Source: Auanema rhodensis (Eukaryota > Animalia > Nematoda). From it: a stretch of 64,000 nt of DNA. Made by a program: the position numbers and the translations under genes. The DNA is taken from NCBI GenBank assembly GCA_964057225.1, contig OZ059895.1, positions 930,001 through 994,000 on the forward strand. The letters are read 5' to 3'. This document shows positions 10,701 through 24,000 of this stretch, one piece after another; the stretch's first letter is position 1, and every line of letters starts with the position of its first letter. The notes under the pieces were generated by a model. It saw nothing but the letters and a program-made list of their open reading frames with translations, searched no databases and was not told where the DNA came from.

Positions 10701-13339
10701 TGAAGAATTAATTTTTTCGTTGAATAACATTGTCCATCGTCTTTGCCTTGAAAAATGGAATCTAAAAACATCTACTTTTCGCTAAATTATATTGAAATTT
10801 TTCGAAAAAATTTTTGTCAAAATGTTTTTGGAAGCAATGTTGAGTGTACATGGAAACTCAACATACACTAATGCATCATTTTTCAAACGATCATAACTAA
10901 TTTTTGTATCAAGCGTTTCTCGATGTAGTATAGTGCATTCGTAGCGGATTTTTAAGCTGCGTCGATCTGTGTTATCAGATTTGCGCTAGCTTAAAAATGC
11001 ACCGAGATATCAACTGATATAAGTTCACACTTATATCCTCGATTTTCACCCTGAAGAATTAATTTTTTCGTTGAATAACATTGTCCATCGTCTTTGCCTT
11101 AAAAAAAGGAATCTAAAAACATTTACTTTTTGCTAAATTATTTTGAAATTTTTCGAAAAAATTTTTGTCAAAATGTTTTTGGAAGCAATGTTGAGTGTAC
11201 ATGGAAACTCAACATACACTAATGCATCATTTTTCAAACGATCATAACTAATTTTTGTATCAAGCGTTTCTCAATGTAGTATAGTGCATTCGATGCGGAT
11301 TTTTAAGCTGCGTCGATCTGTGTTATCAGATTTGCGCTAGCTTAAAAATGCACCGAGATATCAACTGATATAAGTTCACACTTATATCCTCGATTTTCAC
11401 CCTGAAGAATTGATTTTTTCGTTGAATAACATTGTCTATCGTCTTTGCCTTGAAAAATGGAATCTAAAAACATCTACTTTTTGCTAAATTATTTTGAAAT
11501 TTTTCGAAAAAATTTTTGTCAAAATGTTTTTGGAAGCAATGTTGAGTGTACATGGAAACTCAACATACACTAATGCATCATTTTTCAAACGATCATAACT
11601 AATTTTTGTATCAAGCGTTTCTCGATGTAGTATAGTGCAATCGATGCGGATTTTTAAGCTGCGTCGATCTGTGTTATCAGATTTGCGCTAGCTTAAAAAT
11701 GCACCGAGATATCAACTGATATAAGTTCACACTTATATCCTCGATTTTCACCCTGAAGAATTGATTTTTTCGTTGAATAACATTGTCTATCGTCTTTGCC
11801 TTGAAAAATGGAATCTAAAAACATCTACTTTTTGCTAAATTATTTTGAAATTTTTCGAAAAAATTTTTGTCAAAATGTTTTTGGAAGCAATGTTGAGTGT
11901 ACATGGAAACTCAACATACACTAATGCATCATTTTTCAAACGATCATAACTAATTTTTGTATCAAGCGTTTCTCGATGTAGTATAGTGCATTCGATGCGG
12001 ATTTTTAAGCTGCGTCGATCTGTGTTATCAGATTTGCGCTAGCTTAAAAATGCACCGAGATATCAACTGATATAAGTTCACACTTATATCCTCGATTTTC
12101 ACCCTGAAGAATTAATTTTTTCGTTGAATAACATTGTCCATCGTCTTTGCCTTGAAAAATGGAATCTAAAAACATCTACTTTTCGCTAAATTATATTGAA
12201 ATTTTTCGAAAAAATTTTTGTCAAAATGTTTTTGGAAGCAATGTTGAGTGTACATGGAAACTCAACATACACTAATGCATCATTTTTCAAACGATCATAA
12301 CTAATTTTTGTATCAAGCGTTTCTCGATGTAGTATAGTGCATTCGTAGCGGATTTTTAAGCTGCGTCGATCTGTGTTATCAGATTTGCGCTAGCTTAAAA
12401 ATGCACCGAGATATCAACTGATATAAGTTCACACTTATATCCTCGATTTTCACCCTGAAGAATTAATTTTTTCGTTGAATAACATTGTCCATCGTCTTTG
12501 CCTTAAAAAAAGGAATCTAAAAACATTTACTTTTTGCTAAATTATTTTGAAATTTTTCGAAAAAATTTTTGTCAAAATGTTTTTGGAAGCAATGTTGAGT
12601 GTACATGGAAACTCAACATACACTAATGCATCATTTTTCAAACGATCATAACTAATTTTTGTATCAAGCGTTTCTCAATGTAGTATAGTGCATTCGATGC
12701 GGATTTTTAAGCTGCGTCGATCTGTGTTATCAGATTTGCGCTAGCTTAAAAATGCACCGAGATATCAACTGATATAAGTTCACACTTATATCCTCGATTT
12801 TCACCCTGAAGAATTAATTTTTTCGTTGAATAACATTGTCCATCGTCTTTGCCTTGAAAAATGGAATCTAAAAACATCTACTTTTTGCTAAATTATTTTG
12901 AAATTTTTCGAAAAAATTTTTGTCAAAATGTTTTTGGAAGCAATGTTGAGTGTACATGGAAACTCAACATACACTAATGCATCATTTTTCAAACAATCAT
13001 AACTAATTTGTGTATTAAGCGTTTCTCAATGTAGTAAAGTGCAATCGATGCGGATTTTTAAGCTGCGTCGATCTGTGTTATCAGATTTGCGCTAGCTTAA
13101 AAATGCACCGAGATATCAACTGATATAAGTTCACACTTATATCCTCGATTTTCACCCTGAAGAATTGATTTTTTCGTTGAATAACATTGTCTATCGTTTT
13201 TGCCTTGAAAAATGGAATCTAAAAACAGCTACTTTTTGCTAAATTATTTTGAAATTTTTCGAAAAAATTTTTGTCAAAATGTTTTTGGAAGCAATGTTGA
13301 GTGTACATGGAAACTCAACATACACTAATGCATCATTTT
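7724..13339. repeat. Local HOR: 6-monomer unit with a truncated 4-monomer middle copy
   Basis: The marker TTATATTG occurs at 8685, 10791 and 12195 (spacing 2106 and 1404). AAACAGCT occurs at 9718 and 13228 (spacing 3510). Confidence 0.85.
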
Positions 13340-16300
13340 TCAAACGATCATAACTAATTTTTGTATCAAGCGTTTCTCAATGTAGTATAGTGCATTCGAT
13401 GCGGATTTTTAAGCTGCGTCGATCTGTGTTATCAGATTTGCGCTAGCTTAAAAATGCACCGAGATATCAACTGATATAAGTTCACACTTATATCCTCGAT
13501 TTTCACCCTGAAGAATTAATTTTTTCGTTGAATAACATTGTCCATCGTCTTTGCCTTGAAAAATGGAATCTAAAAACATCTACTTTTTGCTAAATTATTT
13601 TGAAATTTTTCGAAAAAATTTTTGTCAAAATGTTTTTGGAAGCAATGTTGAGTGTACATGGAAACTCAACATACACTAATGCATCATTTTTCAAACAATC
13701 ATAACTAATTTGTGTATTAAGCGTTTCTCAATGTAGTATAGTGCATTCGATGCGGATTTTTAAGCTGCGTCGATCTGTGTTATCAGATTTGCGCTAGCTT
13801 AAAAATGCACCGAGATATCAACTGATATAAGTTCACACTTATATCCTCGATTTTCACCCTGAAGAATTAATTTTTTCGTTGAATAACATTGTCCATCGTC
13901 TTTGCCTTAAAAAAAGGAATCTAAAAACATCTACTTTTTGCTAAATTATTTTGAAATTTTTCGAAAAAATTTTTGTCAAAATGTTTTTGGAAGCAATGTT
14001 GAGTGTACATGGAAACTCAACATACACTAATGCATCATTTTTCAAACAATCATAACTAATTTTTGTATCAAGCGTTTCTCAATGTAGTATAGTGCATTCG
14101 ATGCGGATTTTTAAGCTGCGTCGATCTGTGTTATCAGATTTGCGCTAGCTTAAAAATGCACCGAGATATCAACTGATATAAGTTCACACTTATATCCTCG
14201 ATTTTCACCCTGAAGAATTAATTTTTTCGTTGAATAACATTGTCCATCGTCTTTGCCTTGAAAAATGGAATCTAAAAACATCTACTTTTTGCTAAATTAT
14301 TTTGAAATTTTTCGAAAAAATTTTTGTCAAAATGTTTTTGGAAGCAATGTTGAGTGTACATGGAAACTCAACATACACTAATGCATCATTTTTCAAACAA
14401 TCATAACTAATTTGTGTATTAAGCGTTTCTCAATGTAGTATAGTGCATTCGATGCGGATTTTTAAGCTGCGTCGATCTGTGTTATCAGATTTGCGCTAGC
14501 TTAAAAATGCACCGAGATATCAACTGATATAAGTTCACACTTATATCCTCGATTTTCACCCTGAAGAATTAATTTTTTCGTTGAATAACATTGTCCATCG
14601 TCTTTGCCTTAAAAAAAGGAATCTAAAAACATCTACTTTTTGCTAAATTATTTTGAAATTTTTCGAAAAAATTTTTGTCAAAATGTTTTTGGAAGCAATG
14701 TTGAGTGTACATGGAAACTCAACATACACTAATGCATCATTTTTCAAACAATCATAACTAATTTTTGTATCAAGCGTTTCTCAATGTAGTATAGTGCATT
14801 CGATGCGGATTTTTAAGCTGCGTCGATCTGTGTTATCAGATTTGCGCTAGCTTAAAAATGCACCGAGATATCAACTGATATAAGTTCACACTTATATCCT
14901 CGATTTTCACCCTGAAGAATTAATTTTTTCGTTGAATAACATTGTCCATCGTCTTTGCCTTGAAAAATGGAATCTAAAAACATCTACTTTTTGCTAAATT
15001 ATTTTGAAATTTTTCGAAAAAATTTTTGTCAAAATGTTTTTGGAAGCAATGTTGAGTGTACATGGAAACTCAACATACACTAATGCATCATTTTTCAAAC
15101 GATCATAACTAATTTTTGTATCAAGCGTTTCTCGATGTAGTATAGTGCATTCGATGCGGATTTTTAAGCTGCGTCGATCTGTGTTATCAGATTTGCGCTA
15201 GCTTAAAAATGCACCGAGATATCAACTGATATAAGTTCACACTTATATCCTCGATTTTCACCCTGAAGAATTGATTTTTTCGTTGAATAACATTGTCTAT
15301 CGTTTTTGCCTTGAAAAATGGAATCTAAAAACATCTACTTTTTGCTAAATTATTTTGAAATTTTTCGAAAAAATTTTTGTCAAAATGTTTTTGGAAGCAA
15401 TGTTGAGTGTACATGGAAACTCAACATACACTAATGCATCATTTTTCAAACGATCATAACTAATTTTTGTATCAAGCGTTTCTCAATGTAGTATAGTGCA
15501 TTCGATGCGGATTTTTAAGCTGCGTCGATCTGTGTTATCAGATTTGCGCTAGCTTAAAAATGCACCGAGATATCAACTGATATAAGTTCACACTTATATC
15601 CTCGATTTTCACCCTGAAGAATTAATTTTTTCGTTGAATAACATTGTCCATCGTCTTTGCCTTGAAAAATGGAATCTAAAAACATCTACTTTTCGCTAAA
15701 TTATTTTGAAATTTTTCGAAAAAATTTTTGTCAAAATGTTTTTGGAAGCAATGTTGAGTGTACATGGAAACTCAACATACACTAATGCATCATTTTTCAA
15801 ACGATCATAACTAATTTTTGTATCAAGCGTTTCTCAATGTAGTATAGTGCATTCGATGCGGATTTTTAAGCTGCGTCGATCTGTGTTATCAGATTTGCGC
15901 TAGCTTAAAAATGCACCGAGATATCAACTGATATAAGTTCACACTTATATCCTCGATTTTCACCCTGAAGAATTGATTTTTTCGTTGAATAACATTGTCT
16001 ATCGTCTTTGCCTTGAAAAATGGAATCTAAAAACATCTACTTTTTGCTAAATTATTTTGAAATTTTTCGAAAAAATTTTTGTCAAAATGTTTTTGGAAGC
16101 AATGTTGAGTGTACATGGAAACTCAACATACACTAATGCATCATTTTTCAAACAATCATAACTAATTTGTGTATTAAGCGTTTCTCAATGTAGTATAGTA
16201 TAGTGCATTCGATGCGGATTTTTAAGCTGCGTCGATCTGTGTTATCAGATTTGCGCTAGCTTAAAAATGCACCGAGATATCAACTGATATAAGTTCACAC

Positions 16301-16503
16301 TTATATCCTCGATTTTCACCCTGAAGAATTAATTTTTTCGTTGAATAACATTGTCCATCGTCTTTGCCTTAAAAAAAGGAATCTAAAAACATCTACTTTT
16401 TGCTAAATTATTTTGAAATTTTTCGAAAAAATTTTTGTTAAAATGTTTTTGGAAGCAATGTTGAGTGTACATGGAAACTCAACATACACTAATGCATCAT
16501 TTT

Positions 16504-19500
16504 TCAAACAATCATAACTAATTTTTGTATCAAGCGTTTCTCAATGTAGTATAGTGCATTCGATGCGGATTTTTAAGCTGCGTCGATCTGTGTTATCAGA
16601 TTTGCGCTAGCTTAAAAATGCACCGAGATATCAACTGATATAAGTTCACACTTATATCCTCGATTTTCACCCTGAAGAATTAATTTTTTCGTTGAATAAC
16701 ATTGTCCATCGTCTTTGCCTTGAAAAATGGAATCTAAAAACATCTACTTTTTGCTAAATTATTTTGAAATTTTTCGAAAAAATTTTTGTCAAAATGTTTT
16801 TGGAAGCAATGTTGAGTGTACATGGAAACTCAACATACACTAATGCATCATTTTTCAAACGATCATAACTAATTTTTGTATCAAGCGTTTTTCGATGTAG
16901 TATAGTGCATTCGATGCGGATTTTTAAGCTGCGTCGATCTGTGTTATCAGATTTGCGCTAGCTTAAAAATGCACCGAGATATCAACTGATATAAGTTCAC
17001 ACTTATATCCTCGATTTTCACCCTGAAGAATTGATTTTTTCGTTGAATAACATTGTCTATCGTTTTTGCCTTGAAAAATGGAATCTAAAAACATCTACTT
17101 TTTGCTAAATTATTTTGAAATTTTTCGAAAAAATTTTTGTCAAAATGTTTTTGGAAGCAATGTTGAGTGTACATGGAAACTCAACATACACTAATGCATC
17201 ATTTTTCAAACAATCATAACTAATTTTTGTATCAAGCGTTTCTCAATGTAGTATAGTGCATTCGATGCGGATTTTTAAGCTGCGTCGATCTGTGTTATCA
17301 GATTTGCGCTAGCTTAAAAATGCACCGAGATATCAACTGATATAAGTTCACACTTATATCCTCGATTTTCACCCTGAAGAATTAATTTTTTCGTTGAATA
17401 ACATTGTCCATCGTCTTTGCCTTGAAAAATGGAATCTAAAAACATCTACTTTTTGCTAAATTATTTTGAAATTTTTCGAAAAAATTTTTGTCAAAATGTT
17501 TTTGGAAGCAATGTTGAGTGTACATGGAAACTCAACATACACTAATGCATCATTTTTCAAACGATCATAACTAATTTTTGTATCAAGCGTTTCTCGATGT
17601 AGTATAGTGCATTCGATGCGGATTTTTAAGCTGCGTCGATCTGTGTTATCAGATTTGCGCTAGCTTAAAAATGCACCGAGATATCAACTGATATAAGTTC
17701 ACACTTATATCCTCGATTTTCACCCTGAAGAATTAATTTTTTCGTTGAATAACATTGTCCATCGTCTTTGCCTTGAAAAATGGAATCTAAAAACATCTAC
17801 TTTTTGCTAAATTATTTTGAAATTTTTCGAAAAAATTTTTGTCAAAATGTTTTTGGAAGCAATGTTGAGTGTACATGGAAACTCAACATACACTAATGCA
17901 TCATTTTTCAAACGATCATAACTAATTTTTGTATCAAGCGTTTTTCGATGTAGTATAGTGCATTCGATGCGGATTTTTAAGCTGCGTCGATCTGTGTTAT
18001 CAGATTTGCGCTAGCTTAAAAATGCACCGAGATATCAACTGATATAAGTTCACACTTATATCCTCGATTTTCACCCTGAAGAATTGATTTTTTCGTTGAA
18101 TAACATTGTCTATCGTTTTTGCCTTGAAAAATGGAATCTAAAAACATCTACTTTTTGCTAAATTATTTTGAAATTTTTCGAAAAAATTTTTGTCAAAATG
18201 TTTTTGGAAGCAATGTTGAGTGTACATGGAAACTCAACATACACTAATGCATCATTTTTCAAACAATCATAACTAATTTTTGTATCAAGCGTTTCTCAAT
18301 GTAGTATAGTGCATTCGATGCGGATTTTTAAGCTGCGTCGATCTGTGTTATCAGATTTGCGCTAGCTTAAAAATGCACCGAGATATCAACTGATATAAGT
18401 TCACACTTATATCCTCGATTTTCACCCTGAAGAATTAATTTTTTCGTTGAATAACATTGTCCATCGTCTTTGCCTTGAAAAATGGAATCTAAAAACATCT
18501 ACTTTTTGCTAAATTATTTTGAAATTTTTCGAAAAAATTTTTGTCAAAATGTTTTTGGAAGCAATGTTGAGTGTACATGGAAACTCAACATACACTAATG
18601 CATCATTTTTCAAACGATCATAACTAATTTTTGTATCAAGCGTTTCTCGATGTAGTATAGTGCATTCGATGCGGATTTTTAAGCTGCGTCGATCTGTGTT
18701 ATCAGATTTGCGCTAGCTTAAAAATGCACCGAGATATCAACTGATATAAGTTCACACTTATATCCTCGATTTTCACCCTGAAGAATTGATTTTTTCGTTG
18801 AATAACATTGTCTATCGTTTTTGCCTTGAAAAATGGAATCTAAAAACATCTACTTTTTGCTAAATTATTTTGAAATTTTTCGAAAAAATTTTTGTCAAAA
18901 TGTTTTTGGAAGCAATGTTGAGTGTACATGGAAACTCAACATACACTAATGCATCATTTTTCAAACAATCATAACTAATTTTTGTATCAAGCGTTTCTCA
19001 ATGTAGTATAGTGCATTCGATGCGGATTTTTAAGCTGCGTCGATCTGTGTTATCAGATTTGCGCTAGCTTAAAAATGCACCGAGATATCAACTGATATAA
19101 GTTCACACTTATATCCTCGATTTTCACCCTGAAGAATTAATTTTTTCGTTGAATAACATTGTCCATCGTCTTTGCCTTGAAAAATGGAATCTAAAAACAT
19201 CTACTTTTTGCTAAATTATTTTGAAATTTTTCGAAAAAATTTTTGTCAAAATGTTTTTGGAAGCAATGTTGAGTGTACATGGAAACTCAACATACACTAA
19301 TGCATCATTTTTCAAACGATCATAACTAATTTTTGTATCAAGCGTTTTTCGATGTAGTATAGTGCATTCGATGCGGATTTTTAAGCTGCGTCGATCTGTG
19401 TTATCAGATTTGCGCTAGCTTAAAAATGCACCGAGATATCAACTGATATAAGTTCACACTTATATCCTCGATTTTCACCCTGAAGAATTGATTTTTTCGT

Positions 19501-21067
19501 TGAATAACATTGTCTATCGTTTTTGCCTTGAAAAATGGAATCTAAAAACATCTACTTTTTGCTAAATTATTTTGAAATTTTTCGAAAAAATTTTTGTCAA
19601 AATGTTTTTGGAAGCAATGTTGAGTGTACATGGAAACTCAACATACACTAATGCATCATTTTTCAAACAATCATAACTAATTTTTGTATTAAGCGTTTCT
19701 CAATGTAGTATAGTGCATTCGATGCGGATTTTTAAGCTGCGTCGATCTGTGTTATCAGATTTGCGCTAGCTTAAAAATGCACCGAGATATCAACTGATAT
19801 AAGTTCACACTTATATCCTCGATTTTCACCCTGAAGAATTAATTTTTTCGTTGAATAACATTGTCCATCGTCTTTGCCTTGAAAAATGGAATCTAAAAAC
19901 ATCTACTTTTTGCTAAATTATTTTGAAATTTTTCGAAAAAATTTTTTGTCAAAATGTTTTTGGAAGCAATGTTGAGTGTACATGGAAACTCAACATACAC
20001 TAATGCATCATTTTTCAAACGATCATAACTAATTTTTGTATCAAGCGTTTCTCGATGTAGTATAGTGCATTCGATGCGGATTTTTAAGCTGCGTCGATCT
20101 GTGTTATCAGATTTGCGCTAGCTTAAAAATGCACCGAGATATCAACTGATATAAGTTCACACTTATATCCTCGATTTTCACCCTGAAGAATTGATTTTTT
20201 CGTTGAATAACATTGTCTATCGTTTTTGCCTTGAAAAATGGAATCTAAAAACATCTACTTTTTGCTAAATTATTTTGAAATTTTTCGAAAAAATTTTTGT
20301 CAAAATGTTTTTGGAAGCAATGTTGAGTGTACATGGAAACTCAACATACACTAATGCATCATTTTTCAAACAATCATAACTAATTTTTGTATCAAGCGTT
20401 TCTCAATGTAGTATAGTGCATTCGATGCGGATTTTTAAGCTGCGTCGATCTGTGTTATCAGATTTGCGCTAGCTTAAAAATGCACCGAGATATCAACTGA
20501 TATAAGTTCACACTTATATCCTCGATTTTCACCCTGAAGAATTAATTTTTTCGTTGAATAACATTGTCCATCGTCTTTGCCTTGAAAAATGGAATCTAAA
20601 AACATCTACTTTTTGCTAAATTATTTTGAAATTTTTCGAAAAAATTTTTGTCAAAATGTTTTTGGAAGCAATGTTGAGTGTACATGGAAACTCAACATAC
20701 ACTAATGCATCATTTTTCAAACGATCATAACTAATTTTTGTATCAAGCGTTTCTCGATGTAGTATAGTGCATTCGATGCGGATTTTTAAGCTGCGTCGAT
20801 CTGTGTTATCAGATTTGCGCTAGCTTAAAAATGCACCGAGATATCAACTGATATAAGTTCACACTTATATCCTCGATTTTCACCCTGAAGAATTGATTTT
20901 TTCGTTGAATAACATTGTCTATCGTTTTTGCCTTGAAAAATGGAATCTAAAAACATCTACTTTTTGCTAAATTATTTTGAAATTTTTCGAAAAAATTTTT
21001 GTCAAAATGTTTTTGGAAGCAATGTTGAGTGTACATGGAAACTCAACATACACTAATGCATCATTTT
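16504..21067. repeat. Local HOR: 702-bp dimer domain
   Basis: ACAAT/TAATT/GTCC monomers alternate with ACGAT/TCG/TGATT/GTCTATCGTTTT monomers, with one extra monomer at 17557. Confidence 0.75.
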
Positions 21068-24000
21068 TCAAACGATCATAACTAATTTTTGTATCAAGCG
21101 TTTCTCAATGTAGTATAGTGCATTCGATGCGGATTTTTAAGCTGCGTCGATCTGTGTTATCAGATTTGCGCTAGCTTAAAAATGCACCGAGATATCAACT
21201 GATATAAGTTCACACTTATATCCTCGATTTTCACCCTGAAGAATTAATTTTTTCGTTGAATAACATTGTCCATCGTCTTTGCCTTGAAAAATGGAATCTA
21301 AAAACATCTACTTTTCGCTAAATTATTTTGAAATTTTTCGAAAAAATTTTTGTCAAAATGTTTTTGGAAGCAATGTTGAGTGTACATGGAAACTCAACAT
21401 ACACTAATGCATCATTTTTCAAACGATCATAACTAATTTTTGTATCAAGCGTTTCTCAATGTAGTATAGTGCATTCGATGCGGATTTTTAAGCTGCGTCG
21501 ATCTGTGTTATCAGATTTGCGCTAGCTTAAAAATGCACCGAGATATCAACTGATATAAGTTCACACTTATATCCTCGATTTTCACCCTGAAGAATTAATT
21601 TTTTCGTTGAATAACATTGTCCATCGTCTTTGCCTTGAAAAATGGAATCTAAAAACATCTACTTTTTGCTAAATTATTTTGAAATTTTTGGAAAAAATTT
21701 TTGTCAAAATGTTTTTGGAAGCAATGTTGAGTGTACATGGAAACTCAACATACACTAATGCATCATTTTTCAAACAATCATAACTAATTTGTGTATTAAG
21801 CGTTTCTCAATGTAGTATAGTGCAATCGATGCGGATTTTTAAGCTGCGTCGATCTGTGTTATCAGATTTGCGCTAGCTTAAAAATGCACCGAGATATCAA
21901 CTGATATAAGTTCACACTTATATCCTCGATTTTCACCCTGAAGAATTGATTTTTTCGTTGAATAACATTGTCTATCGTCTTTGCCTTGAAAAATGAAATC
22001 TAAAAACATCTACTTTTTGCTAAATTATTTTGAAATTTTTCGAAAAAATTTTTGTCAAAATGTTTTTGGAAGCAATGTTGAGTGTACATGGAAACTCAAC
22101 ATACACTAATGCATCATTTTTCAAACGATCATAACTAATTTTTGTATCAAGCGTTTCTCGATGTAGTATAGTGCATTCGATGCGGATTTTTAAGCTGCGT
22201 CGATCTGTGTTATCAGATTTGCGCTAGCTTAAAAATGCACCGAGATATCAACTGATATAAGTTCACACTTATATCCTCGATTTTCACCCTGAAGAATTAA
22301 TTTTTTCGTTGAATAACATTGTCCATCGTCTTTGCCTTGAAAAATGGAATCTAAAAACATCTACTTTTTGCTAAATTATTTTGAAATTTTTCGAAAAAAT
22401 TTTTGTCAAAATGTTTTTGGAAGCAATGTTGAGTGTACATGGAAACTCAACATACACTAATGCATCATTTTTCAAACAATCATAACTAATTTGTGTATTA
22501 AGCGTTTCTCAATGTAGTATAGTGCAATCGATGCGGATTTTTAAGCTGCGTCGATCTGTGTTATCAGATTTGCGCTAGCTTAAAAATGCACCGAGATATC
22601 AACTGATATAAGTTCACACTTATATCCTCGATTTTCACCCTGAAGAATCGATTTTTTCGTTGAATAACATTGTCTATCGTCTTTGCCTTGAAAAATGGAA
22701 TCTAAAAACATCTACTTTTTGCTAAATTATTTTGAAATTTTTCGAAAAAATTTTTGTCAAAATGTTTTTGGAAGCAATGTTGAGTGTACATGGAAACTCA
22801 ACATACACTAATGCATAATTTTTCAAACGATCATAACTAATTTTTGTATCAAGCGTTTCTCGATGTAGTATAGTGCATTCGATGCGGATTTTTAAGCTGC
22901 GTCGATCTGTGTTATCAGATTTGCGCTAGCTTAAAAATGCACCGAGATATCAACTGATATAAGTTCACACTTATATCCTCGATTTTCACCCTGAAGAATT
23001 GATTTTTTCGTTGAATAACATTGTCTATCGTCTTTGCCTTGAAAAATGGAATCTAAAAACATCTACTTTTTGCTAAATTATTTTGAAATTTTTCGAAAAA
23101 ATTTTTGTCAAAATGTTTTTGGAAGCAATGTTGAGTGTACATGGAAACTCAACATACACTAATGCATCATTTTTCAAACAATCATAACTAATTTGTGTAT
23201 TAAGCGTTTCTCAATGTAGTATAGTGCATTCGATGCGGATTTTTAAGCTGCGTCGATCTGTGTTATCAGATTTGCGCTAGCTTAAAAATGCACCGAGATA
23301 TCAACTGATATAAGTTCACACTTATATCCTCGATTTTCACCCTGAAGAATTAATTTTTTCGTTAAATAACATTGTCCATCGTCTTTGCCTTGAAAAATGG
23401 AATCTAAAAACATCTACTTTTTGCTAAATTATTTTGAATATTTTCGAAAAAATTTTTGTCAAAATGTTTTTGGAAGCAATGTTGAGTGTACATGGAAACT
23501 CAACATACACTAATGCATCATTTTTCAAACAATCATAACTAATTTGTGTATTAAGCGTTTCTCAATGTAGTATAGTGCAATCGATGCGGATTTTTAAGCT
23601 GCGTCGATCTGTGTTATCAGATTTGCGCTAGCTTAAAAATGCACCGAGATATCAACTGATATAAGTTCACACTTATATCCTCGATTTTCACCCTGAAGAA
23701 TTAATTTTTTCGTTGAATAACATTGTCCATCGTCTTTGCCTTAAAAAATGGAATCTAAAAACATCTACTTTTTGCTAAATTATTTTGAAATTTTTCGAAA
23801 AAATTTTTGTCAAAATGTTTTTGGAAGCAATGTTGAGTGTACATGGAAACTCAACATACACTAATGCATCATTTTTCAAACAATCATAACTAATTTGTGT
23901 ATTAAGCGTTTCTCAATGTAGTAAAGTGCAATCGATGCGGATTTTTAAGCTGCGTCGATCTGTGTTATCAGATTTGCGCTAGCTTAAAAATGCACCGAGA

